Shown: piece by piece, positions 1 to 9,798 of the stretch
How the letters are laid out: each line of letters begins with the position of its first letter
How positions within the stretch are numbered: the stretch's first letter is position 1
Assembly (NCBI GenBank): GCA_050294405.1
Contig: JBNKOC010000012.1
Coordinates: 288,001-352,000, forward strand
Source: Fibrobacteria bacterium
GTDB lineage: Bacteria; Fibrobacterota; Fibrobacteria; UBA11236; JADFYW01
Length of the DNA: 64,000 nucleotides
Direction of reading: 5' to 3'
The notes under the pieces: generated by a model
Seen by the model: the letters and a program-made list of their open reading frames with translations, nothing else
What the model was told of the DNA's origin: nothing
Databases searched by the model: none
Translations under genes and position numbers: made by a program

Positions 1-1
1 T

Positions 2-1033
2 GCCTATAGAAATAACAGCCAGATGGAATTCGATTTAGCGCTTAAAAGTTTTGATAAAATAATACAAGGCCGAGCGTCTTGGGCCCTAAGCGGAAACCAC
101 GGGAATTTGGAAATTTTATACAACAAATTCCAGCCCTTCAAAATTGCCAAAATTTTCTACTTGATTTCCCTTCTATGCGTTTTGGTTTCTTTAATTGGTA
201 AGGGAAAATGGGCTTATGTTATTGGTATTGGATTGGCGATTGTTGCTATAGTCCCTCATACTTGGGGGATTGCTTCAAGAATGGTGATTATGTCCCGTCC
301 TCCTATTACCAATTTGTTCGAAACTTTTATTACCGTCTCCTGGGTTTGCTGCATACTGGGTTTTGTTACCGAGTGGTTTCAAAGGAATAAGTTGGGGCTC
401 ATTGTATCCACATTTTCCGCAGTTTCCCTTTTGTTTATATCTGACAAATATGCCAGGGAAGGGGATACTTTGTCTATGTTAGTTGCGGTGCTAGACACTA
501 ACTTCTGGCTTTCAACCCATGTAGTTGCCATTTCTCTGGGTTATGCCGGGTGCTGCGCCGCGGGAATTGCCGGCCATGTCTACCTGCTGCAAAGAATGTT
601 TGGGGCTAAACCCGAACAACTGAGGACTTCTCATAAGGCTGTATACGGTATTTTGGCATTTGGCTTGGTTTTTTCATTTATCGGAACGGTGCTTGGCGGT
701 ATTTGGGCGGACCAGTCTTGGGGCCGTTTTTGGGGCTGGGATCCAAAAGAAAATGGCGCTTTACTTATTGTACTCTGGTGTTCGGCTTTGTTTCACGCCA
801 GGCTGGGTGGACGCATTAAAGAATTGGGGTTTGCGGCGGGAAGCGTCATAGGAATTACCATTGTGATGTTTGCCTGGTTCGGAATTAATTTGCTTGGAGT
901 TGGATTGCATTCTTATGGCTTTTCTTCAGGCGTATTTGTGAACTTTTTTCTATTCATTGTTTTTGAAGTTTTATTTCTCACGATAAGTATTATATGGATT
1001 CTCAAAAAAACCGCCAGAAAATCTATGATCTGA
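2..1033 (+). CDS. ccsA: Cytochrome c biogenesis protein CcsA (system II heme lyase), 5' end outside the window
   Basis: WWD motif WADQSWGRFWGWDPKEN, conserved His (STHVV, VGLHSYG), multiple TM helices; the frame is open to the left edge. Confidence 0.93.
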   Translation, partial: AYRNNSQMEFDLALKSFDKIIQGRASWALSGNHGNLEILYNKFQPFKIAKIFYLISLLCVLVSLIGKGKWAYVIGIGLAIVAIVPHTWGIASRMVIMSRPPITNLFETFITVSWVCCILGFVTEWFQRNKLGLIVSTFSAVSLLFISDKYAREGDTLSMLVAVLDTNFWLSTHVVAISLGYAGCCAAGIAGHVYLLQRMFGAKPEQLRTSHKAVYGILAFGLVFSFIGTVLGGIWADQSWGRFWGWDPKENGALLIVLWCSALFHARLGGRIKELGFAAGSVIGITIVMFAWFGINLLGVGLHSYGFSSGVFVNFFLFIVFEVLFLTISIIWILKKTARKSMI

Positions 1034-1983
1034 TATTCTACCTTATACTGTTCATAGCCTATGCAACCTCCTTCGCTTTTATCGCATGGTATATGCATTA
1101 TACCTGGGATTATCTGAGGTTGCCTGTTATGGAAAGGCCATTTCATGAAAACCATGCCTTAATAAAACCTGGGGGGTTATGGGGGCATGGGTTTGGAATT
1201 ATCGGTTCCATTATGATGATTGTGATGCATACATATTCTATCAGAAAAAGAGTGAAGTTTTTCCAAAAATGGGGCAGTTTAAAAAAATGGCTGCATTTCC
1301 ATATTTTTTTAGGAGTGGTAGGCCCTTTGTTAGTTATGGTGCATACAACCGGCAAAGTAAACGGGCTTGTATCGCTTAGTTTTTGGTCCATGGTATTGGT
1401 TTTCCTCAGCGGATTTGTGGGTCGTTTTTTCTACGGTGCGGTACCTAGAAGGGCAACCGGGTTGGAATACAGCTTGGAAGAAGCCATAGAAATTTCCGAG
1501 GAGTTAAGGGAAACTCTTAAAAAAAAACTAGCCCACATTGGAAAAGCCGCCGAAGAATTGGATGCTTTGGAATCCCGCAAAAACGTAAATCAATTTTTAA
1601 AAAAATATATTGCGCCATTTGAAACAATGGAAAAACTGAGGGTGTTTAACGAAACGGCTTTGCGAAATTTTCGGCCTCTTTGGGGGTTCAGTTATCAGAT
1701 GATTCGAGACATGGTAGAGTATAAAGATAACAACCCAGCCTGGAAATTTTTCTTGAAGAGTCAAAATCAGGCTATTAAAAAACGCAAGCACTATTTGGCC
1801 CGGATGGTAAAGTCCATAAAAAAAACAGCTTCTCTTAAAAGGAAAGTTAAAAGATGGAAGGCGATTCAGGCGCGTTTGTACTATTGGCATGTATTTCATA
1901 AGCCGCTTAGTGTATTAATGTATATCGTTTTAGTGGTTCATGTATATATTGCGGCAAAATTTGGGTTTGTGTGGATCTTTTGA
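994..1983 (+). CDS. His-rich inner-membrane protein, ferric-reductase-like (putative heme b) TM domain
   Basis: About 6 hydrophobic segments with intramembrane His (GHGFG, WLHFHIFLG, MVHT, YWHVFHKP, VVHVY); overlaps both neighbours; start uncertain. Confidence 0.65.
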   Translation: MDSQKNRQKIYDLIFYLILFIAYATSFAFIAWYMHYTWDYLRLPVMERPFHENHALIKPGGLWGHGFGIIGSIMMIVMHTYSIRKRVKFFQKWGSLKKWLHFHIFLGVVGPLLVMVHTTGKVNGLVSLSFWSMVLVFLSGFVGRFFYGAVPRRATGLEYSLEEAIEISEELRETLKKKLAHIGKAAEELDALESRKNVNQFLKKYIAPFETMEKLRVFNETALRNFRPLWGFSYQMIRDMVEYKDNNPAWKFFLKSQNQAIKKRKHYLARMVKSIKKTASLKRKVKRWKAIQARLYYWHVFHKPLSVLMYIVLVVHVYIAAKFGFVWIF

Positions 1984-3692
1984 AGCATGTTTTTTATAAA
2001 AGCTTCCTTCTGGGCTTGTTTGTAGTTTTTGCGTTTCCGGAATTTGCTTTGCCACAGCTTTCTCCTGGTGAATTGGCGCGGGAACATTCACATCTGGAAG
2101 GGTTCAATAATTGTTCCAAATGCCATAGCAGCAAGGGTAAGGGTAGTACAGACCCGTCTCTTTGTCTGGATTGCCACAAAGAGATGAAAATGCGGATTAA
2201 AAATAAAACTGGATTACATGGGCTGCAGAAATATAACAAGTGCGGAAAGTGTCATTTTGATCATCTGGGCAGAAAATTTAAGCTTGTGAATTGGAAAGTG
2301 CTTGGCGGAAAAGCGGAGAATTTCAAACATGAATTATCTGGTTTTGAGCTTAAAGGAGCCCATAAAAAATTAAAATGCAACGAATGCCATCAGCCTAAGT
2401 TTATCAAAGATCCGAAGATTCAAAAAAAGAAAGAGGAGTTTAAAAAGAAAACATACTTAGGCTTAAAAACCGAATGTCTTGCCTGCCATAAAGATGTACA
2501 CAAGGAAATGTTCGGCAAAAAAAATTGCTTGGATTGCCACAATTCCAATAAATGGAAGCCTGCCGAAGGTTTTGATCACAACCGCCAGACCAAATTTAGA
2601 ATTAAGGGTAAGCATAAAAAGCTGACTTGCGTGAAATGCCACAAGAGAGGTCAACCCTGGGAGTTACCCAAGCCAAAGAGGGTTAAAAACAGGGGGTGTA
2701 TTAGCTGCCATAAAGATGTTCACAAGGGTAAGTTTGGAAAAAGTTGCCAAAAATGCCACCAGGAGTCCGGGTTTAAAAGGATCAAGGTTAAAAATTTTGA
2801 TCACAGTAAAACGGAGTTCCCGTTGGAAGGTAAACATGTAGCTGTGAATTGTAACCAATGCCATAAGAAATCGGAATCCTGGGTGTTGACCAAATTTAGC
2901 CAATGTATCGATTGTCATGACAATTTTCACAAAGGAGAATTTAAAAAGGTGAAAAGCCCGGAAAAATGTGAAGACTGCCACAGTGTGAAGGGCTATGTTC
3001 CGGCAAATTATGGAGTCGAAGAGCACAACAAGACAGATTTTCCTCTTAAGGAGGCGCACCTCGCCGCTCCCTGTATATTGTGCCACACGAAAAGCGTTAA
3101 TAAAAATAAAGAGCTAGTAAAACGAAAATTCAAATTTCCCTCTATGGATTGTAATGTGTGCCATAAAGATCCCCACCGTAAACAAGTGGATAAATACAAA
3201 GTGGAAAAAGGTTGTCTTTCCTGCCATTCTGGTACGTCGTGGAGTGATGTTCATTTTGATCACGGTTTAACTGGGTATTCCCTTACAGGTAGGCATCAAA
3301 AAGCGGGTTGCAGGGATTGCCATTCCAAAGTGTTTTCTTTCGAACTTAAAAAGAGTATTCGTTTAAAAATTCCGGACTTTGAGGAGAAGAAAAAAGAATG
3401 CTTTGAATGCCATAAAGATCCCCATCAAGGCCAATTCAAAGAACTTGATGCAAACGAGAAGCAAGGATCCGGGGTTGTTAAATGCGATAAATGCCATACC
3501 ACTACGGATTGGTATGCTGAGTTGTTTGAACACAACACTCAATCCAGGTTTAAACTTGATGGGGCTCATGAAAAAGCACGTTGCGAAGCTTGCCATTTGG
3601 TTCAAAAAGAAGGGAAGGTGACGTTTGTCCGTTATAAGCCCTTGAGCATTGAATGTAAGTCTTGCCATGGAGACAGTGTTATGGTCAAATAG
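1971..3692 (+). CDS. 20-heme multiheme cytochrome c, Lys-rich, built from triheme modules
   Basis: N-terminal signal-like segment; 20 CxxCH counted; recurring FDH-x4-F-x-L-x-G-x-H linkers. Confidence 0.93.
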   Translation: MDLLKHVFYKSFLLGLFVVFAFPEFALPQLSPGELAREHSHLEGFNNCSKCHSSKGKGSTDPSLCLDCHKEMKMRIKNKTGLHGLQKYNKCGKCHFDHLGRKFKLVNWKVLGGKAENFKHELSGFELKGAHKKLKCNECHQPKFIKDPKIQKKKEEFKKKTYLGLKTECLACHKDVHKEMFGKKNCLDCHNSNKWKPAEGFDHNRQTKFRIKGKHKKLTCVKCHKRGQPWELPKPKRVKNRGCISCHKDVHKGKFGKSCQKCHQESGFKRIKVKNFDHSKTEFPLEGKHVAVNCNQCHKKSESWVLTKFSQCIDCHDNFHKGEFKKVKSPEKCEDCHSVKGYVPANYGVEEHNKTDFPLKEAHLAAPCILCHTKSVNKNKELVKRKFKFPSMDCNVCHKDPHRKQVDKYKVEKGCLSCHSGTSWSDVHFDHGLTGYSLTGRHQKAGCRDCHSKVFSFELKKSIRLKIPDFEEKKKECFECHKDPHQGQFKELDANEKQGSGVVKCDKCHTTTDWYAELFEHNTQSRFKLDGAHEKARCEACHLVQKEGKVTFVRYKPLSIECKSCHGDSVMVK

Positions 3693-3986
3693 ACAAAAAT
3701 TTTTCCCACAAATGAATCAAAATAGTTCATTAATTTTATTTTTTAAATACGAATTAAATAATAACTCTTTATTATTAAACGACTTATGGTAATAAACATT
3801 TTTAATACGAATCATAAATAATTTTTGACAAAATTTTATGTTGAAAAATTATTAATTCAAACTATATTATGATGTTATAAGTATCGGGAATTTGCCACCA
3901 TTCATTTTGAGGAGCCGTTTTGCTTCGTACCCCTAATTTCCGTTTGATTCCAAGTTGTCCTGCTGTAGGTTGGAGGTGAGATTAAA

Positions 3987-6419
3987 ATGAATTGTCTAGT
4001 AATGTTGTTTGCATTCTTTTCTCTGTTAGTATCAGGTTATGCTAAGCGAACTAACAGTCAATTAAAAAACCCCCACGGCGATATTAAAATGGAATGCAGT
4101 CAGTGCCATACTCCCAAACGCTGGAAGCCAACCAAAAGAAATATTGATTTTGATCATGGTAAAAGTGGGTTCCCGTTATCCGGGAGTCATGCTTCTCTTT
4201 TATGCACGGAGTGCCATAAGGATTTAAAGTTCCCCACGGTTAGCTCTGCCTGTGCCGATTGCCATAAGGATGAACATGATGGAAAGTTTGGGTTTGATTG
4301 TCAAACCTGTCATACTACTAAAAAGTGGGGAAAAGAATTTCTAACAGTTGAAGCCCAGGTTCACACGGAATTTCCACTGGTAGGGGCTCATGCCATAGAG
4401 GATTGTTCCGCCTGCCATAAAAACCAGAAACCAGAAGACTATGTTAATACTCCCACCAATTGTAGCGCTTGCCATTTGTCTGACTTTGAAGCAACCATTT
4501 CACCTGACCACAGAGCGCTTAACTTTTCCACGAATTGCACCGGATGTCATTTGTCTTCGGTTGTGACGGGCTGGAGAGGAGGGACTAATGGGGTGATCCA
4601 CCCGGAAACCTTGCCGCTTACGGGAGCTCATGGACGAATTTCATGTTATGATTGCCACAATAAAAATAGTTTCACCGGGTTAAATCCCACATGTTACGAA
4701 TGCCATCAGGATAACTTTGCCGCCACATCTAAGCCAAACCACAGGGAGCTTAATTTTCCCATAGATTGCCAAATGTGCCATACTAATGAGGATTGGAAAA
4801 CCACTTTAATTCCAGAGGGAACGGAATTTAAACACCCGGAATCGTTTCCATTGCTAGGGGGACATGCCACGCCTAAATGCGCAGACTGCCATATAAATGG
4901 GTATACGGGAACAAACCCGGAGTGTATAAGCTGCCATGAAAAAGATTTTAATGAAACCAAGAACCCCAATCACATAGAGCAGAATTTTGGAAAAAATTGC
5001 TCGGAATGTCACACAACCGGAGAATGGGCTGGGGCCTTAATTCCGCCTAACAGCAATTTTCAACACCCTGCAACTTTTCCCCTTGAGGGAGGGCACAGTG
5101 TTGCTTCCTGTACAGATTGTCATATAGACGGTAAATATACCGATACTCCTAGTGATTGCTTGTCTTGTCATAAGGCCAACTATGACACCGCAAGTTCACC
5201 GAATCATCTGGATATGAATTTTGGGACAAATTGCGCGGAGTGCCATAATACCAACAACTGGGCCGGGGTTATTATTCCCGATAATAGTAATTTTCAACAT
5301 CCCGCGAGCTTTCCTTTGAAAGAAGGGCATTCAGAAGTGGAATGTCAGAAGTGCCACACAAGTGGGTATACCAACACATCGCCGGAATGTATATCCTGCC
5401 ACGAAGAAGATTTTAAAAAAGCTGAAAATCCCAATCATGTAGACCAGAATTTTTCTCAAAATTGTACGGAATGCCATACTGTTGCTAAAGATTGGTTGGG
5501 GGCAACTATTCCGCCGGATGTAAAGTTTGATCACCCGGCATCATTTCCACTAATTGGGGGGCATAGTAATGTTAATTGTTCCAATTGCCATACTGATGGA
5601 TACACCAATACAGCCACAGAGTGTTTATCCTGCCATAAGACCGATTATGATGAGACTAAAAACCCTAACCACATGGATTTGAATTTTTCCACCAACTGCA
5701 GTGAATGCCATACTGTGGATTCCTGGCAAGGAGCTGAGATCCCTCCTGGAGGACAATTTCAACATCCAGCTGAATTTCCTTTAGTGGCTGGCCATGCGGA
5801 TGTAAGTTGCATGGAATGCCATGCTAATGGCTATACGAACACTTCCAATGAATGTAACTCCTGCCACAATGATGATTATCTGGCTGCTGAGCCAAATCAT
5901 TCCGACTTAAGGTTGCCCACTGATTGTGCGTTGTGCCATACAAATGTTACCTGGCAGGGGGCTGATATCCCTCCCAATATCGCAATAAACCATCCCTCAA
6001 GCTTCCCTTTGACATTGCCACATGATAAGGCCAGTTGCGTAGATTGCCACGCCAACGGTTATTCCAACACGGCCTCGGATTGTTATGCTTGCCACCAAAA
6101 AGATTACGAGCAGGTTCAAAATCCCAATCATGTCCAATCTAACTATTCTAAAGATTGCCTTAGCTGCCATAAGAGGGAAACCTGGGATGATGCTTCCATT
6201 GACCATGAGCGATTTTTTCCCATTGCTACTGGACGCCATTCGGGGTTTCAATGCAGTGAATGCCATGTGGTGGATGGAAATTACGCAGCATTTGAGTGTA
6301 TTTTTTGCCATGCCCATAATAATAGAGCAGAAGTGGATGCAGACCATCGGGGGGAAGCCGCCGGATACGAATACAACAGCCAGGCTTGTTACCGCTGTCA
6401 TCCCAGAGGGCGAGAATAG
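3987..6419 (+). CDS. 31-heme multiheme cytochrome c with tandem ~77-aa triheme repeats
   Basis: GGAGG RBS, signal peptide, 31 CxxCH counted; repeat HP-x2-FPL-x-GGH...CxxCH...GYT...CxxCH...PNH...CxxCH. Confidence 0.94.
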   Translation: MNCLVMLFAFFSLLVSGYAKRTNSQLKNPHGDIKMECSQCHTPKRWKPTKRNIDFDHGKSGFPLSGSHASLLCTECHKDLKFPTVSSACADCHKDEHDGKFGFDCQTCHTTKKWGKEFLTVEAQVHTEFPLVGAHAIEDCSACHKNQKPEDYVNTPTNCSACHLSDFEATISPDHRALNFSTNCTGCHLSSVVTGWRGGTNGVIHPETLPLTGAHGRISCYDCHNKNSFTGLNPTCYECHQDNFAATSKPNHRELNFPIDCQMCHTNEDWKTTLIPEGTEFKHPESFPLLGGHATPKCADCHINGYTGTNPECISCHEKDFNETKNPNHIEQNFGKNCSECHTTGEWAGALIPPNSNFQHPATFPLEGGHSVASCTDCHIDGKYTDTPSDCLSCHKANYDTASSPNHLDMNFGTNCAECHNTNNWAGVIIPDNSNFQHPASFPLKEGHSEVECQKCHTSGYTNTSPECISCHEEDFKKAENPNHVDQNFSQNCTECHTVAKDWLGATIPPDVKFDHPASFPLIGGHSNVNCSNCHTDGYTNTATECLSCHKTDYDETKNPNHMDLNFSTNCSECHTVDSWQGAEIPPGGQFQHPAEFPLVAGHADVSCMECHANGYTNTSNECNSCHNDDYLAAEPNHSDLRLPTDCALCHTNVTWQGADIPPNIAINHPSSFPLTLPHDKASCVDCHANGYSNTASDCYACHQKDYEQVQNPNHVQSNYSKDCLSCHKRETWDDASIDHERFFPIATGRHSGFQCSECHVVDGNYAAFECIFCHAHNNRAEVDADHRGEAAGYEYNSQACYRCHPRGRE

Positions 6420-8068
6420 TGTTTTGGAAAGTAAAAATAATTCAGCATTTATTGTGTGTGTTAATTATCATGATGCCCGTACTTTGTTTTGGAAAAACCT
6501 CCACAAAAAAATTCAAATCCTCTGCCGGAAAAGTATATCAGATAAATTATATGTCAAAAGACTTTATATATCTTAAAGGGGGAATAAAATCAGGTCTTGC
6601 ATCAGGGGATACGTTAACAATTCATAGGAAAAGAAAATTAGTGGCGGTTTTGGTGGTTGAGCACGCCTCTAATTACTCCAGCTCCTGTAAGGTTATTTTG
6701 GAAAAAGGGTTGGTAGTCTTAGGAGATAAAGCAAAAGCAAAGCCTAAAAGTCTTAAAATTGAAGGGATAAAAAAGGAAGAACCAGACACTTTGGTTTCAA
6801 GAACTCGGGAGCTTCCTGAGCAACATATTAAAGGAGATGCGGCAAAAGCATTTGCGCGTTTGCGGGGATATGCAGCTTATCAATTGTACTTCGAAGAAGG
6901 GCTGGCCAGCGATAAATGGGAAGTTGGAAAGCAAAATATACGAGTTGATTTCCGTGTATCTGAATTGTTGAACTCCGACTACAATTTGCGCTTTAATATG
7001 TATGCATCACAAGACAATAATTTGTTTTCACAGTCCGAGCAAAGGCAAAATTGGGACAATAGAGTAAACCAATTTGTTTTTGGCTATCAAAATCCAAACT
7101 CGGCAGTTTCGTATGAATTGGGCCGGGTGGTTCCCCAAAATATTTCCAGTATCGGATACATTGATGGGGGGGCGTTTAAGATTCAGGCTAATCAAAATCA
7201 ATATATTGGAGGATTTTTTGGGAATATCCCCAGGATGTTATATTATGAAACACCCATCTCCATCCAAAAATACGGGGGGTTTTACGGATTTGATTTTGGA
7301 GATAGGAAGAATACCCGCCTTGAAAATATGCTGGGATTCGGGGGTGAGTATGATGGCTTGGTCATTTCCAGGGAATTTTTGAATTTAAGAAATAACTTGT
7401 ATTTGAGTAAAAATTTGTCCATTAGTCAGACTTCCGAAATTGAAGTGAATCGAGGTTGGAGGAAGGAAAAAACAAGGAAAGATTTTTCCCTGAGTAGCAT
7501 GTATGCCCACGGCAATTGGAAAGCCACTCAGAAGTTGTCCTTTGGAATTCAATACGATACCCGGAAAAATTATTACCGCCTGGACATGCGAAGTTTTGCT
7601 GATAGTTTGTTCGATGATGCCACCCGTCATGGATTAAAAGCAAATACCTATTACCGTTTTTTACCTTCCTCCAGCGTTTATTTAAGTGTCGGCCAAACCC
7701 GCTTCCAAAATCGAGGTGACATACCATATAACTATAACCTGGGGCTAAATGTATCCAATTTTATTTTAAAAAGGATTTATGTAAACGCTTCCTATACTGG
7801 CTTTAACAGTGAAACAAATAATGGATACAACACTTCCCTTTTTCTCAGAAAAAGCTTTTTAAACGGGAACAATTTGAGTTTTGGATATGGAAAATATGAA
7901 TATAAATACAATTCAACTACCGTATCAAGGATTCAGAGTAATTGGATACGAACGGGTACGACGTTGCAGATGATTTATAATACCTATGTTACCGTTAATT
8001 ATGAATATAATTGGGGGCAAGTCCAAAACGGCCACCGAGGGTTTTGGGAAACAGGCTATCGCTTTTAG
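6419..8068 (+). CDS. Outer-membrane beta-barrel (porin) with N-terminal soluble domain
   Basis: Alternating amphipathic Tyr/Asn/Gly-rich strands and C-terminal ...ETGYRF; probable GTG start overlapping the upstream stop. Confidence 0.75.
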   Translation: MFWKVKIIQHLLCVLIIMMPVLCFGKTSTKKFKSSAGKVYQINYMSKDFIYLKGGIKSGLASGDTLTIHRKRKLVAVLVVEHASNYSSSCKVILEKGLVVLGDKAKAKPKSLKIEGIKKEEPDTLVSRTRELPEQHIKGDAAKAFARLRGYAAYQLYFEEGLASDKWEVGKQNIRVDFRVSELLNSDYNLRFNMYASQDNNLFSQSEQRQNWDNRVNQFVFGYQNPNSAVSYELGRVVPQNISSIGYIDGGAFKIQANQNQYIGGFFGNIPRMLYYETPISIQKYGGFYGFDFGDRKNTRLENMLGFGGEYDGLVISREFLNLRNNLYLSKNLSISQTSEIEVNRGWRKEKTRKDFSLSSMYAHGNWKATQKLSFGIQYDTRKNYYRLDMRSFADSLFDDATRHGLKANTYYRFLPSSSVYLSVGQTRFQNRGDIPYNYNLGLNVSNFILKRIYVNASYTGFNSETNNGYNTSLFLRKSFLNGNNLSFGYGKYEYKYNSTTVSRIQSNWIRTGTTLQMIYNTYVTVNYEYNWGQVQNGHRGFWETGYRF

Positions 8069-8088
8069 TACAGTATATACCTACCCTC

Positions 8089-9453
8089 ATGACTGATACC
8101 ACCGCCATTGTGAATTTGAGCCTTGAAAGCTTTCAATTGAATGTTGAGAGCGTTATCATTTGGTTCATTTGCACTGTTCCTCCGATATTATTTTTAGGCT
8201 ATTACCTTAAAAATTTTAGAAAAAAAGTAAAAGTCCATAAGGCCAGGCATACCGAGGCTAAATTATTGGGCGCGGACAAGGCTCCGGCCATGTTTCCTCA
8301 ATTTGATTTATCCCTTTGCATTGGCTGCACCAGCTGCACCACGGTTTGTCCTATGGGAAAGGTCTTGGGGATGGTGGATGGCTTTCCCACTGTTATTAAT
8401 GGGGCTAAATGTATTGGGATAGCTAAATGTGCGGAAGCCTGTCCCGTAGGTGCCGTAACAATGGGGTTGGGAAACTTAAAAAAGCGAAACGATATACCTG
8501 TGATGGACGCCCACAATGAAACTTCCCTGTCCGGAGTATATATTGCAGGTGAATTGGGAGGGCAGGGGTTGATATTTAACGGAATAAACCAAGGGAAAAT
8601 GGTGGTAAATGCCATCCATCGAAAAATAAACGAAAATGAGGCCGAATCTGTTGGAGATGATGTATATGATATTGCCATCGTAGGGGCTGGCCCCGCTGGT
8701 ATCGGCGCTTCCACCATGGCTACCCAATTGCAGCTAAATTATGTCATGTTGGATATGCGAGGCTTAGGGGGAACTGTGGCCATGTATCCCAAACAAAAAC
8801 CCACTTTAATTGACAAAGTCGAAATTCCCGGTTACGGAACTCTGGATAAATATGAATATCCCAAAGAAGAATTGATGGAAATTTTTGAAAAAATCCACAA
8901 AGATCAAAATTTAAATTTACGCGTTGGATTTAAAATGGAGCGTTTGGAAAATCAGGGCGGGGTTTATGCCATTACTTCGGAAAAAGGGGATGTTGTCAAA
9001 GCCAAGTATGTGATACTGGCAATGGGGAGAAGCGGAACTCCCAGAAAACTTGGGGTTCTAGGAGAAGAATTGGAAAAAGTGGAGTATCGTTTAGCAGATC
9101 CTGAAGAACATAAAAATAAACATATAGTGGTGGTCGGAGGCGGGGACAGCGCCATTGAAGCCGCCATGGCCTTGGCATCTATAGATGGAAATAAGGTTCA
9201 GTTGTCTTATCGCAAAAACAAAATATTCAGAATTAAAGAATTAAATCAAACTAGATTAGAAGAAATGGTGAGTTCCAAGATGTTAGACTTGGTCTTGGAA
9301 TCTGAGGTTAAAGAAATTAAGGAAAAAGAAATTTACCTTAAGCACAAAGAGGAAGAAAAAGTATTTCCTAATGACGCAGTATTTATCTTTGCGGGAGGCG
9401 TTCCTCCATTTAAATTGCTAAGTAATATAGGCGTTAAATTTCATGGGACTTAA
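8089..9453 (+). CDS. Membrane-anchored ferredoxin domain fused to a thioredoxin-reductase-like FAD/NAD(P)H oxidoreductase
   Basis: N-terminal TM; CIGCTSCTTVCP and CIGIAKCAEACP; IVGAGPAG (FAD) and VVGGGDSA..SYRK (NAD(P)H); start reassigned to ATG 8089. Confidence 0.85.
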   Translation: MTDTTAIVNLSLESFQLNVESVIIWFICTVPPILFLGYYLKNFRKKVKVHKARHTEAKLLGADKAPAMFPQFDLSLCIGCTSCTTVCPMGKVLGMVDGFPTVINGAKCIGIAKCAEACPVGAVTMGLGNLKKRNDIPVMDAHNETSLSGVYIAGELGGQGLIFNGINQGKMVVNAIHRKINENEAESVGDDVYDIAIVGAGPAGIGASTMATQLQLNYVMLDMRGLGGTVAMYPKQKPTLIDKVEIPGYGTLDKYEYPKEELMEIFEKIHKDQNLNLRVGFKMERLENQGGVYAITSEKGDVVKAKYVILAMGRSGTPRKLGVLGEELEKVEYRLADPEEHKNKHIVVVGGGDSAIEAAMALASIDGNKVQLSYRKNKIFRIKELNQTRLEEMVSSKMLDLVLESEVKEIKEKEIYLKHKEEEKVFPNDAVFIFAGGVPPFKLLSNIGVKFHGT

Positions 9454-9462
9454 ACCTGGAGG

Positions 9463-9798
9463 ATGGATATGGTAACCGAAGACAATACCAAAGCCATTAA
9501 AATTTTATCGGTGATAAAACCTATTCTTGAGTCCATTGTCAAAATTTCCGGTAAATCCATTAGCTGGGGAGAATCTGGAATTCCGACTTTGGAAGAAGTG
9601 GAAAGCTTACTCAGTAAAACTGTTGAAACACCAAACGAGCAAATTAAGCAGTATTATTCATTTTTATCTAATTTGAGGAACCAGACCTCCGATCAGGTAA
9701 AATGGGGAAAGGGAAATATCCCTGAGCTGGAATACATGGATAGTACTTTGGCTGGATTGTATTCTTATGTAAGTGAGTATGTATATCGATTTCATTAG
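9463..9798 (+). CDS. Hypothetical protein, 111 aa, with an internal duplicated motif
   Basis: GGAGG RBS just after the upstream stop; WG-x3-IP-x-LE occurs twice. Confidence 0.7.
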   Translation: MDMVTEDNTKAIKILSVIKPILESIVKISGKSISWGESGIPTLEEVESLLSKTVETPNEQIKQYYSFLSNLRNQTSDQVKWGKGNIPELEYMDSTLAGLYSYVSEYVYRFH

